From contig JBGANV010000003.1 in NCBI GenBank assembly GCA_044222185.1, positions 416,001-480,000 on the forward strand: a stretch of 64,000 nucleotides of DNA. Reading direction: 5' to 3'. The notes under the pieces are model-generated. The model did not search any database and was not told the origin of the DNA. It worked only from the letters and a program-made list of their open reading frames with translations. Positions within the stretch are counted from its first letter, which is position 1. Every line of letters starts with the position of its first letter. The position numbers were made by a program, and so were the translations under genes. Positions 17,507 to 27,267 of the stretch are shown one piece after another. Source of the stretch: Planctomycetota bacterium (GTDB taxonomy: Bacteria; Planctomycetota; GCA-002687715; CAIWVZ01).

Positions 17507-20332
17507 ATGAGCACATCCGACACACCGCGAGCGATGGCGATCCGCCTCGCGTTCCGCGCGCGTTACCTCGAGGACATCGAGTCGGACACCGTCCGCCCGG
17601 TCGAGCACTACCAGTCGGCGTTCCCGGGATTCGAAGACGTCGTCGCCGAGGAACACTCGGTCCTCGCGCGCGCCTCGGCCGCATGGGACACGCCCCTCCC
17701 CGTTCACGCGGACATGAATGAGACCGCTGCGTACGCCGCCTCCCAGACAGTCGGTGAAGTCATCGCAGGCCACCGCATCGAGAGGCTTCTCGCGAAGGGC
17801 GGACAGGGCGCCGTTTACCTCGCAACGGATCCGGCCGGGCGCCGTGTCGCGTTCAAGATCCTCCGCCCGCTGTGGAGTCAGTCCGAGACCGCACGGAAGC
17901 GCTTCGTGCTCGAAGCCAGGATCCTGGCCGCGCAGGAGCACCCTGGGCTCTGCACCGTCTACGACGCGGGTCAGCATGGGGAGCTGCAGTGGATCTCCAT
18001 GAAGTTCGTCGATGGGGAATCTCTGGCAGCGCACCTCTCGACCCGCCGCGCATCAGGCACAAAGCAGGTGTCGGCCGAGGAGGTCCGCCGCGCCACTTCC
18101 TGGATAGAACGGACGGCGCGCGCCGTGCACCGGGCACACGAGATCGGTGCGGTCCACCGCGATCTGAAGCCGTCGAACGTCATGATCACTGGGCGCGACG
18201 ACCCGGTGGTGCTGGATTTCGGTCTGGCCCACGCCGAGACCGCGGACGAATCCTTGACGCGGACCGGGGACCTGCTCGGAACGCCGGCGTACATGGCGCC
18301 GGAGCAGGTCGCCGGCGGAAGCGGCGCGATCGATCGACGGACCGACGTCTATGCGCTCGGTGCATTGCTTTACGAACTGGTCACACTCGAAAAGCCGATC
18401 GTCGAGCCGGACCGATCGAGGCTCTACGCCGCGATTCTCACGGTGCGCCCCCGACCCGCACGGTCCCTCAACCCAGCGATCCCCCGTGACCTCGACGCCG
18501 TACTCGACGCATGCCTTCAGAAGGCGCCATCGGACCGATATCAGACCGCCGAGAGTCTTGCAGCAGACCTCGCGGCCGTGCGCGAAGGAAGAGGTGTGGC
18601 CGTCCGAAGACCATCGCTCGCGTCCATCGTGGCGAGGCGCGTCCGCAGCGAACCGGCCCTTTCATCGCTGATCGCGGCGGTCGTCGTGGTGCTGGGGATC
18701 GGCATCGTCATCATCGCGATGCTCAACCGGAGGATCGAAGCCTCGAACACGATCCTCGGCGCCGAAGCCGCCCGCGCGTCCGCTGCCCAGCGCGACGCCG
18801 AAACCAACCTGGAGGACTTCAGCCTTCTTCAGGATCTACGCAACCTGGACGGTCTCGAGGCTCGCGCCGACGAACTGTGGCCCGCCATCGAGACGTCGAC
18901 CGCACGGATGGACGCGTGGGTCAGTGACGCGACGGCGATCGCCTCGCGGCTCGATCGCGACCGGGCCGCGCGTGATCGCGTGCGTTCGCGCGGTCGTGAG
19001 ACTCCGTTCGGAGGGACGCGATCGCCATCGAGGCCCTCGGCCGCACAGGCACGCTTCGCCGAGATTCGGGGTGTCAGAGACCGGATCGAGTCGCAGCTCG
19101 AACGCACGCCTGGGACAGACACGAGAGCCACGACATTCCTCCGCGGCCGCCGTGACGAGGCCAAGAACGCGGAAGCGGTATTCCTCGCGCCGTTCGAGGG
19201 CCACGGAACGTTCGAGTTCGAGGATCCCGCAGATGCGTTCGCCTACGAACGTCTGGACGCGCTCGTCCGGCGGGTGCGACATCTCGCCGAAGACCTGCTG
19301 CCCGCCATCGAAACACGTCGCGCGCGCGCGGCTTCGCTATCACATTCGTCGATCGACGAGCACGCGGACGCATGGAGGCGGACCGTCGCGGAGGTGAGGC
19401 AAGCCCCCGCGTACCACGGCCTCGCGCTGGAACCGATCCGAGGACTGGTGCCCATCGGGCGAGACCCGGAATCGGGGCTGTTCGAGTTCGCCCATCTGCT
19501 GACGGGCATCATCCCCGCGCGCGACGCGGCCGGAAAGCTCCGGTTCGCGGCCGAGTGCGGGGTCGTCCTAGTCCTCGTGCCGGGCGGGCCCTCCCGGATC
19601 GGTGCAAGCAAACCGACGTCGTCCGAGTCCGGCCCGAATCTCGACCCTGCCGCAAAGGGCGAGGAGGGTCCCGTCGCCGAGGTCGACCTCGCTCCCTACT
19701 TCATCTCGAAATACGAGCTGACCCAGCGTCAATGGCAGCGGATGACGGGAACCAACCCGAGCGCGTCTCCGCCCACGGGTCGCGCACCGGACGAGGAAGC
19801 GCAACGCGCGATCTGTCCCGTGGAGAATGTCAGCGCCGACGACTGCCTGCTGTGGTTGCGCCGCTTCGGTCTCGACCTGCCGACCGAAGCTCAATGGGAA
19901 CACTCGGCACGCGCTGGGAAGTCAACAGTCTGGTGGACCGGTGACGATGTGGAATCGATCGCAGGCTGCGCGAACGTGGCGGACGTCACACTCCAGCGCC
20001 AGAATCCAGGGTTCGGCTTCACGGTCGAGGCATGGCTCGACGACGGGTTCGCCCAGACGGCGCCCGTCAACGCGCTCCGTCCGAATCCCTTCGGCCTTCA
20101 CCACGTGATCGGCAACGTTCGCGAGTGGACGAAGGACCGTTGGGGTGACGCGCGGTACGCGTGCCAGCCGGGAGACGGCATCAGGCTTCCCCCGCCGTCA
20201 GAGTTGCGCGGCGTGCGCGGAGGTTCCTTCGCCGGGCCGGCGAGCAACGGCAGGTCCAGCGCACGGTCGAGCGTGGAGTCATCGAGTCGGTACATGAACA
20301 CCGGCGTACGACCCGCGAGGGCCCTCCCGTGA
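17507..20332 (+). CDS. Transmembrane Ser/Thr protein kinase with C-terminal FGE-sulfatase (SUMF1/CLec-fold) domain
   Basis: Kinase motifs GGQGAVY, VAFK, HRDLKPSN, DFG and GTPAYMAPE. TM LIAAVVVVLGIGIVIIAML. FGE motifs ISKYELTQ.QW, LPTEAQWE..AR, PNPFGL...GNVREW, RGGSF and GVRPAR. Confidence 0.95.
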   Translation: MSTSDTPRAMAIRLAFRARYLEDIESDTVRPVEHYQSAFPGFEDVVAEEHSVLARASAAWDTPLPVHADMNETAAYAASQTVGEVIAGHRIERLLAKGGQGAVYLATDPAGRRVAFKILRPLWSQSETARKRFVLEARILAAQEHPGLCTVYDAGQHGELQWISMKFVDGESLAAHLSTRRASGTKQVSAEEVRRATSWIERTARAVHRAHEIGAVHRDLKPSNVMITGRDDPVVLDFGLAHAETADESLTRTGDLLGTPAYMAPEQVAGGSGAIDRRTDVYALGALLYELVTLEKPIVEPDRSRLYAAILTVRPRPARSLNPAIPRDLDAVLDACLQKAPSDRYQTAESLAADLAAVREGRGVAVRRPSLASIVARRVRSEPALSSLIAAVVVVLGIGIVIIAMLNRRIEASNTILGAEAARASAAQRDAETNLEDFSLLQDLRNLDGLEARADELWPAIETSTARMDAWVSDATAIASRLDRDRAARDRVRSRGRETPFGGTRSPSRPSAAQARFAEIRGVRDRIESQLERTPGTDTRATTFLRGRRDEAKNAEAVFLAPFEGHGTFEFEDPADAFAYERLDALVRRVRHLAEDLLPAIETRRARAASLSHSSIDEHADAWRRTVAEVRQAPAYHGLALEPIRGLVPIGRDPESGLFEFAHLLTGIIPARDAAGKLRFAAECGVVLVLVPGGPSRIGASKPTSSESGPNLDPAAKGEEGPVAEVDLAPYFISKYELTQRQWQRMTGTNPSASPPTGRAPDEEAQRAICPVENVSADDCLLWLRRFGLDLPTEAQWEHSARAGKSTVWWTGDDVESIAGCANVADVTLQRQNPGFGFTVEAWLDDGFAQTAPVNALRPNPFGLHHVIGNVREWTKDRWGDARYACQPGDGIRLPPPSELRGVRGGSFAGPASNGRSSARSSVESSSRYMNTGVRPARALP

Positions 20333-22842
20333 TTCGCGTCAGCCGATACGAGATACGAGGTGAGATCGGGCGTGGTGGACAAGGAGCCGTCTACCTCGCC
20401 AACGACCCGACCTTGGGACGGAACGTCGCGCTCAAGCTCATTCACCCGCGTCCCGGGACGACGGCCGAGCAGGAGGCTTCGATGCTCCGCTCAGCGGCCG
20501 TTACGACGGCCCGCATCGAAGACCCTGGAGTCTGTCCCGTCCTCGACGTCGGCTGCGACGCCGGTTTCGCGTTCGCGACGATGCCGGTCATCGACGGCGA
20601 ATCGCTCGCGACCTGGATCCGCGACCGCCGCGCGACGAACACGCCTCCCGGGCGCGACGAGGTGAAGGACGTCGCGGCCTGGATCGAAGGCGCCGCCCGG
20701 ACGCTGCACCATTGCCACGAACGCGGATGCGTTCACGGCGACGTCAAGCCCAGCAACCTCATGGTCGCACGCGACGGCCGGATCGTCGTCCTGGACTTCG
20801 GTCCGTCCGCCGACCATGGACAGCAGTCGATGCCCGGAACTCCCGCCTACCTTCCTCCCGAGCGCGCCGCGGACACGACATCGATTCCGGACGCTCAGGG
20901 AGACGTGTTCGCGCTCGGGGTCTCGCTCTTCGAGACGCTGACGCTTTCGCGACCTGCCGAGGGAGCGACCGTGACACGGCTGCTCCACGCGATCGTGCAT
21001 GAGGAGGCGCCGCGTGCCGGCCATCTGAACCGGGCAGTACCCCGCGACCTCGAGGCGATCGTCTCGAAGGCCATCGAGAAGGACCGAATCCGACGCTACC
21101 GGACCTGCGCCGAACTCGCCGACGAACTGGCGCGCTTTCGTGAAGGTCACCCCGTCGTGGCGCGGCGGCCCACGCTCCTGTTGCGCGTCACACGGCTGTG
21201 CCAGCGCCGACCGTGGGAGGCGATCGCGACGATCCTGCTCATTTCCGTTCTCGGATGGGCGCTCGTTGCATCCGTTTCGCGAACGAGACAGCTCTCCGTG
21301 ATCGGCACCAAGACGGCGGACGCGACGAAGTCCGCCGGCCTCGCCACCGACGCCGCGATGGCTTCGCTCCGGGATTGGCGCGAACTCGCCGACCTGGACG
21401 AGGTCAGGGACCTCGAGCAGCGCGCACGAGACCTCTGGCCGCCGCACCCGGCCTCGGTGCCACGGATGCGAGCATGGCTCGACGACGCGCAGCGATTGCT
21501 CTCCCGCTTCGAACGACAAGCGGATGCACTCGAGTCGCTCCGCCGGGAAGCACTCCCATGGGATCGAGCGGCCGCCCAACAGGATCGCGTCACGCACCCA
21601 GGGTGGCGGCGGTTCGAAGAGCTTCGGTCGTCTCGCGACGCCATCGCCGCGCAGATCGGAGGAGGCACGTTCCGTTTCAGACGGCAGCTCGACTCCGATC
21701 TCATCGCGCTCGACGAGTCGCTCGCGCGGTTGGGCTCCGAGATCGAGGTCCGCCGGTCATGGAGCTTCGCCGACTCCGCCCGCGGCTGGCGCCACGAATC
21801 GCTGTCGGCGCTCGTCAACGAGATGCGCGCGCTTCGAGAAGCGCTCGTCCCGGAGGTGAACCGGCGCATCGCGACCGCCGAGTCGATCGGGAGCCGCACA
21901 CTCACGGGGGCGCAGACTTCTTGGGCTCGAGCGCTCGATTCGATTGCCGACCGGGGTGAGTGCCCTCTGTATCACGGGCTTCGGATCCGGCCCCAGGCAG
22001 GCCTCGTCCCGATCGCACGCAACCCGACGACGGGTCTATGGGAGTTTGCTCACCAGCTCTCGGGGACAACGCCGAGCGTCGGAGAGGCTGGAAGCCTGGT
22101 TCTCGACGAGGAGAGCGCGGTCGTTCTCGTGCTGATCCCTGGTGGCACGTTCACGATGGGTTCTGCGCGAGGTACGACCCCGGTGCCCTCGGAGGCAGAG
22201 CTGCCGTCTCACGAGGTCAGGCTGGATCCGTTCTTCATCAGCCGCAACGAGATGACTCGAGTTCAGTGGCGAAGATGCGGAGGCGCGCCCAGGTGGAATC
22301 CTGCCGGGCTTCCGGCCGACGATCAGGACGACGTGTTGCCGGCCGCGAACGTGGATTGGAACGAGACGTCGTCGGTGCTTCGATCGGTGGGGCTCACGAC
22401 TCCAACCGAAGCGCAGTGGGAATGCGCTGCACGTGCCGGAACGAAGACGGGTTGGTGGACCGGAGACGACAAGGCCGCCCTGCGGCTCGTAGCAAATCTG
22501 CGCGACCGGATGCGGACGACGGTGCCCCCGTTCGAAGAGTGGAACGACGGCTTTGCGGACCTCGCACCCGTCGGCTCCTTCAAGCCGAGTCCCTTCGGCC
22601 TCTACGACGTCCACGGCAATGCCTGGGAATGGTGCACCGATGCCTACGACGACTACTGGATGCCGGTTCACGCTGGTGACGGCGCTCGAATCACGCTCAG
22701 CTCGGCGGAGCGGTGCTATCGCGGAGGCTCCGCCACGAACATTGCGAACGATGCGCGATCAGCGAAGCGATTCGGCGACCCGCCAGTGACGCGCTATCTC
22801 TTCCTCGGAGTGCGCCCGGCGCGCCGTGTTGATGCGGAGTAA
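20329..22842 (+). CDS. Second, degenerate (non-RD) Ser/Thr kinase-like protein with FGE-sulfatase domain
   Basis: GTG overlaps the upstream TGA (GTGA). GRGGQGAVY, VALK, HGDVKPSN, DFGP and GTPAYLPPE. TM segment. FGE motifs PTEAQWE, FGLYDVHGNAWEW and GVRPAR. Confidence 0.92.
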   Translation: MIRVSRYEIRGEIGRGGQGAVYLANDPTLGRNVALKLIHPRPGTTAEQEASMLRSAAVTTARIEDPGVCPVLDVGCDAGFAFATMPVIDGESLATWIRDRRATNTPPGRDEVKDVAAWIEGAARTLHHCHERGCVHGDVKPSNLMVARDGRIVVLDFGPSADHGQQSMPGTPAYLPPERAADTTSIPDAQGDVFALGVSLFETLTLSRPAEGATVTRLLHAIVHEEAPRAGHLNRAVPRDLEAIVSKAIEKDRIRRYRTCAELADELARFREGHPVVARRPTLLLRVTRLCQRRPWEAIATILLISVLGWALVASVSRTRQLSVIGTKTADATKSAGLATDAAMASLRDWRELADLDEVRDLEQRARDLWPPHPASVPRMRAWLDDAQRLLSRFERQADALESLRREALPWDRAAAQQDRVTHPGWRRFEELRSSRDAIAAQIGGGTFRFRRQLDSDLIALDESLARLGSEIEVRRSWSFADSARGWRHESLSALVNEMRALREALVPEVNRRIATAESIGSRTLTGAQTSWARALDSIADRGECPLYHGLRIRPQAGLVPIARNPTTGLWEFAHQLSGTTPSVGEAGSLVLDEESAVVLVLIPGGTFTMGSARGTTPVPSEAELPSHEVRLDPFFISRNEMTRVQWRRCGGAPRWNPAGLPADDQDDVLPAANVDWNETSSVLRSVGLTTPTEAQWECAARAGTKTGWWTGDDKAALRLVANLRDRMRTTVPPFEEWNDGFADLAPVGSFKPSPFGLYDVHGNAWEWCTDAYDDYWMPVHAGDGARITLSSAERCYRGGSATNIANDARSAKRFGDPPVTRYLFLGVRPARRVDAE

Positions 22843-23038
22843 TCGCGAGGCGGTCCCGCAGCCGCGTGCGATCGGGGACCTCGCCCACGGACTCCTCGTT
22901 CGCAGCGGCGCGACGGGTTCGTGGCGTTGACGCGGCGAACCCTGGGGTCGTGACCCGTCATGCGTGAATGAGCGCCTTCCGTGCGCGACGTCCCTGCCGG
23001 CATCGCCGTGCCCGGCGGTCGGCCGCCGGACTTCAGCG

Positions 23039-25267
23039 TCAGAACACGATGCAACGCGCCGTGGACGACGTTGGGCCGATCACGCCACCCGTGACATCCA
23101 CGCAGATCGCGTCGAACGTCAGACCGATCGGCTCGAAGTGCGGACCGAACACCTGACTCGTCCCCGTCGCCTGGAAGTGCACGGGGAGCGCGCCCAGGGG
23201 AAGCTGGAGCTGGAAGATCAGGTAGGAGAGGTCGCTGAAATAGAGGCCCGCGTAGGGGCCCGTTCCCAACCCGTTCGCGAGCCACTCGCCGCTGAAGAGG
23301 TTGTAGTACTCGTGCCCGGCCACGAGCTTCGAACTCGTCCCGAACAGTGCCGTCCCCGACCCACCCGGCTGACTGAAGCCGATCGTCGGCCGGAGGTCGT
23401 CGTACCGCGCGACCGACCGGGTGCCGCCCGCGGCTATCCGCGCGAAGGCGAAACCGGCCGGAAGGCTCGGAATGGTCGATTGCCCCACGGAATTCCGCCC
23501 CCACGCGACGAGCGATCCGTCGCTCAGCCGCGCGAGGGAGTGGTCGTCACCAGCCGCGATCTCGACGTACGCGCGCCCCGGCGGCGCGGCTGGCGCCGTC
23601 GACTGACCGTAGGTGTTGTCACCCCACCCCACGACCGTTCCGTCGCTTCGCAATCCGAGGGCGTGCCGACGCCCCGCGGCAATCGCCAAGTACGTGAGCC
23701 CCGGCGGGAGCAATGGCACGTCGGTCTGGGACACATCGTTCAGTCCCCAGGCTTGGGCGGAACCGTCGCTCATCCGCGCCAGCGAGAACCGCTCTCCAGC
23801 AGCGACGGCGACGAACGTGACACCGGCCGGGAGTACGGGGACCGCGATCTGGCCGAACCCATTGTTACCCCACGCCACCACGCTTCCGTCGCTGCGCAGC
23901 GCCAGGGTATGGAAGTCGCCGCCCGCAACGCCCGAATATGTCAAGCCCTGCGGTAGCGGCGGAACGTTGCACTGTCCGGCGATGTTCCATCCCCACGCGG
24001 TGAGCCCGCCGTCCGAACGTCGCCCGAGCGAATGGTAGAAGCCGGCTGAGATTTCGACGTACCCGACGCCCGGCGGCAGACTCGGCACCGATGCCTGACC
24101 AAAAATCGCGTACCCGAAACCGACGACAGTCCCGTCACTCCGTCGGACCAACGTGTGCGTCGGGCCGACGGCGACGTCCACGTCCGCCGCGGTCGATGGC
24201 GGCGATGGGAAGTTGCACTGCGAGTTTGCGTTCGCGCCCCATGTGACCACGCGACCGTCGCTCCGGCGGGCCGCGCTGTGATTCAGGCCGGCCGCGATCT
24301 GGACGTACGTGAGGCCTGACGGCAGGACAGGCACGTTGCACTGGCTGTCGGCGTTGTTCCCCCAGGCGACGATCGACCCGTCGCTCCGGCGCGCCAGCAT
24401 GTGGCTACCCCCGGCGGAGACGTTCACGTAGCCGAGCCCTGGTGGAAGTGGCGGCACCGTCATCTCGCCGTAGGAGTTGCCGCCCCAGACGACGATGACG
24501 CCGTCGCTCCGACGGGCTGCGATCGCGGTCAACCCGACAGTCAGTTCGACGTACGTCAGCCCCGGGGCCAGCGGCGGCACGAGCCCTCGGCCGTTCGAGA
24601 TATCGCCCCACACGACGATCGAACCGTCGTTGCGCCGTGCGGCGCTCGTGTTGCCGCGAGCCGAGACCTCGACGTATGTGAGTCCCGGCGGGAGCTGGGG
24701 GACGACGCATTGGGCACTCAAGTTCAAGCCCCAGGCGACGACCGCCCCGTTGCCGCGAAGCGCGAGCGTGTGGTTCGCGCCGGCCGCGATCTGGACGTAG
24801 GGCGCTCCAGGCACCAGCAGCGGCACGGCGAGTTCGCCGTTCAGATTGCCGCCAAAGGCGCGCAAGGATCCGTCCGTCACGAGCGCCACCGTATGACTCG
24901 TCCCGATCGAGACCTGCACGTACGACTGCCCCTGCGGCAGCGGGAGGATGTTGCACTGCCCCGCTGAGTTCTCGCCAAAGACGACGAGCGATCCGTCGGC
25001 GCGGCGAACCGCCGTGTCGACGGACCCGGCCGCGACGTCGACGAACGTCTCGTCACCGAGGCGATCATCGACGACCTGGCCGCCCCAGCCGCGAACGAAA
25101 CTCTGTGCGCTCAGTCCGCAGGCAGAGCCGAGCCACACCGCGAGGATTGCCAGCGTCCGAATCGGTCGCCAACCCGCCAACGATCCGACTGTAAGGTCGT
25201 CGGACCCGCGGTTACGCGTCACGCGCACTCTCATCGCCCGAACGCCCGAATGCTCCCGCATGGCCAT
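23039..25267 (-). CDS. Secreted RCC1/BLIP-II repeat protein (about 14 blades) with a C-terminal conserved module
   Basis: ATG 25267 after GGAGGG. Signal region ending GLSA|Q. About 40-aa repeats VP.LP.GL.YV.IAAG..H.LARRSDG.VVAWG.N..GQ. Confidence 0.9.
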   Translation of the reverse strand: MAMREHSGVRAMRVRVTRNRGSDDLTVGSLAGWRPIRTLAILAVWLGSACGLSAQSFVRGWGGQVVDDRLGDETFVDVAAGSVDTAVRRADGSLVVFGENSAGQCNILPLPQGQSYVQVSIGTSHTVALVTDGSLRAFGGNLNGELAVPLLVPGAPYVQIAAGANHTLALRGNGAVVAWGLNLSAQCVVPQLPPGLTYVEVSARGNTSAARRNDGSIVVWGDISNGRGLVPPLAPGLTYVELTVGLTAIAARRSDGVIVVWGGNSYGEMTVPPLPPGLGYVNVSAGGSHMLARRSDGSIVAWGNNADSQCNVPVLPSGLTYVQIAAGLNHSAARRSDGRVVTWGANANSQCNFPSPPSTAADVDVAVGPTHTLVRRSDGTVVGFGYAIFGQASVPSLPPGVGYVEISAGFYHSLGRRSDGGLTAWGWNIAGQCNVPPLPQGLTYSGVAGGDFHTLALRSDGSVVAWGNNGFGQIAVPVLPAGVTFVAVAAGERFSLARMSDGSAQAWGLNDVSQTDVPLLPPGLTYLAIAAGRRHALGLRSDGTVVGWGDNTYGQSTAPAAPPGRAYVEIAAGDDHSLARLSDGSLVAWGRNSVGQSTIPSLPAGFAFARIAAGGTRSVARYDDLRPTIGFSQPGGSGTALFGTSSKLVAGHEYYNLFSGEWLANGLGTGPYAGLYFSDLSYLIFQLQLPLGALPVHFQATGTSQVFGPHFEPIGLTFDAICVDVTGGVIGPTSSTARCIVF

Positions 25268-25466
25268 GGCAGCCCTCCATCCCGTAGACGAATGAGATCC
25301 TGCGTGCACGGGGCCAACCGCAGAATCCCAATCCGCGTCCCGGAGAGCGTACAGGAGGATTCGTGGATGGGCGAACGACCGTTGCCCGATCCGGCGTCGA
25401 CCTCCTGCGAACGGACCGCGCCGAGCGCCGCATCTTTTTTTGGCGGGCCATGGCCAGCCCGCCGGC

Positions 25467-26258
25467 TCAGGCGTCGCACGGGACGCGTCGGCGGAGTGCT
25501 CCTGGAGTCGAGCCCGCGAGGCCCCGAAACGCCGCGACGAACGCGCTCTGACTCCGGTAACCACATGCCTTTGCGACCTGCTTGACGCCGTGGCCGTCGC
25601 TGACGAGACGGATCGCATGAAGCAGGCGGAATCGCTTCCGCCACTCCTCGAATGTCTGCCCCGTCTCGAGAGGAAACAGCCGCTGCGCCGTGCGGACACT
25701 GACCCCGTGGCCACGGCACAACGACGCAAGATCCGAGGTGCTCGCCGGCTCCGCCTGCACGCGCGCCGCGATCGACGCAATGCGCGCATCGCGCGGCCAG
25801 ACCAATTCATGCGGCGCGCGAGCGCCTGACGCGATCTCGTGCGTCAACAATCGCGCGAGGGCCAGATGCCATGGGATCCGCTGATCGACGGCACTGAGCG
25901 TCGAGATTCTGGCGACGACCTCGCGCAGGAGCGGACTCACGGCGACCACGCAGCACTCTGTCGGCAAATCGACACCGCGTCGCGGTCGGACGTAGAGCAT
26001 CCGCAATGACGTCGGCGTGCAGATCTCCAGCTCGTAACGCGCCCCGGCCGGAGCCCAGACCGCGTTTGAAGCCGGCGTCGACCACGCGCCGTGCGGAGTG
26101 CGGACGATCATCACGCCGTCACCGGCTGCGACGAGGCGATGCCAGGCCTTCGTCGGCGACGTCGTGCTCACGCCAGGAGCGCAGGCAACGACCATGGTAC
26201 GGACGAGCAGGTGGCGCTCGTCATCAGGCGTCAGCGCGGGTTGGCGCTTGAACGACAT
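25467..26258 (-). CDS. AraC family transcriptional regulator (cupin + HTH)
   Basis: N-terminal cupin (AVWAPAG). C-terminal HTH SVRTAQRLFPLETGQTF.EWR...VAKACGYRSQSAFVAAFR..GSTPG. Start is ATG 26258 or GTG 26294. Confidence 0.9.
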   Translation of the reverse strand: MSFKRQPALTPDDERHLLVRTMVVACAPGVSTTSPTKAWHRLVAAGDGVMIVRTPHGAWSTPASNAVWAPAGARYELEICTPTSLRMLYVRPRRGVDLPTECCVVAVSPLLREVVARISTLSAVDQRIPWHLALARLLTHEIASGARAPHELVWPRDARIASIAARVQAEPASTSDLASLCRGHGVSVRTAQRLFPLETGQTFEEWRKRFRLLHAIRLVSDGHGVKQVAKACGYRSQSAFVAAFRGLAGSTPGALRRRVPCDA

Positions 26259-26315
26259 CAGTTGGCGCTCCACGGACTCGCGATCGCGCGGCACCGCAGG
26301 TATACGTGACCATCG

Positions 26316-26355
26316 CGCACGCGCCGCACGCGCCGCACGCGCCGCACGCGCCGCA
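26316..26355. repeat. Tandem 9-bp repeat (CGCACGCGC)x4 plus a partial copy
   Basis: Four perfect copies at 26316-26351 then CGCA, directly before the AGGAG RBS in the divergent AraC/VOC gap. Confidence 0.9.
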
Positions 26356-26368
26356 GGAGCTCTCGATC

Positions 26369-26761
26369 ATGTCCAATCATCTGTCGCATTTCGCCGTCAG
26401 TGCCGATGACACGCAACGAGCCCGCCGATTCTACGAGCGCGTGTTCGGCTGGGGATTCGAGCCGTTCGGGCCGCCCGAGTTCTACCTCTTGCACACCGAC
26501 GGACCGGGCAAGGGCGGGCGGGTCCCCGGGGCGCTCCAGAAACGCTTCGAGGTCGTGCCCGGCGTCCACCTCTCCGGTCCCGGTTTCGAGTGCACGATCT
26601 CCGTGCGCGACGTCGATGCCGTGACGGCGCTGGTCAAGAAGCATGGCGGAAAGATCCTGATGCCGAAGGCCACGATCCCGACCGTGGGGACGCTGATCCG
26701 ATTCGCCGACACCGAGAACAACGTCGTCTGCGCCATGCAGTACGAGAATCCGGCGTTGTGA
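26369..26761 (+). CDS. VOC/glyoxalase family protein
   Basis: ATG after AGGAG. HFAVSADD..RARRFYE.VFGW and GGKILMPK.TIP.VG....F.D.E.N. Confidence 0.9.
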   Translation: MSNHLSHFAVSADDTQRARRFYERVFGWGFEPFGPPEFYLLHTDGPGKGGRVPGALQKRFEVVPGVHLSGPGFECTISVRDVDAVTALVKKHGGKILMPKATIPTVGTLIRFADTENNVVCAMQYENPAL

Positions 26762-27246
26762 GCGGCCGGCGCGCCTCGCTCACTGCGGTCGTGCTCCTGG
26801 CAGCTTCGTGCGGCTCCATCGAAACTCCGACCCACGAAGGAATGACCATGTCCATCAGCTCGCCCCTCGCATCCGCGTTCGTCATGGCGTTCGGCGTGAC
26901 CGTCGACGCCGCCCGCTGTCGCGCGTTCTATGAAGGCAAGCTCGGCTTGCGCGTCGTCAGCGACGACCCCATGGCGATCACCTTCGCGTCCGGACCCAGC
27001 GTGATCCGCATCCAGAAGTTCAAGGAGTTCGCACCGAAGCCTTACACGGTCCTCGGGTGGACCGTCTCCGACATCCGCACCACCGTCGCCCAGCTCACGG
27101 CCGCCGGCATCGCGCTCGAACACTTCGGCTTCATGCCGATGCGGGACTCGACCGGCATCGCGACGTTCGACACCGGCGACCAGGTCGCGTGGTTCAAGGA
27201 TCCCGACGGGAACATGCTCGGAGTGACGCAGTTCGCGAAGGGGTGA
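26758..27246 (+). CDS. VOC/glyoxalase family protein, possibly a lipoprotein
   Basis: RAFYEGKLGL and VAWFKDPDGNML. A GTGA-coupled start at 26758 gives VVLLAAS|C; the alternative start is ATG 26842. Confidence 0.85.
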   Translation: MSGRRASLTAVVLLAASCGSIETPTHEGMTMSISSPLASAFVMAFGVTVDAARCRAFYEGKLGLRVVSDDPMAITFASGPSVIRIQKFKEFAPKPYTVLGWTVSDIRTTVAQLTAAGIALEHFGFMPMRDSTGIATFDTGDQVAWFKDPDGNMLGVTQFAKG

Positions 27247-27267
27247 TGAGGGGCAAGCCGTCCTGCC

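Noticed and set aside
19500-22842. FGE/CLec domains as targets of a diversity-generating retroelement
   Set aside because: No reverse transcriptase in the window and no near-identical template/variable repeat pair. The two 3' ends differ at all base types, not only adenines.
25435-25465. Hairpin with a T7 tract as terminator of the AraC gene
   Set aside because: On the AraC (minus) strand the stem is followed by A residues, not U, so it is not a canonical intrinsic terminator.
26316-26355. Short repeats as a CRISPR array
   Set aside because: The 9-bp units are directly adjacent with no spacers, and no cas genes are present.
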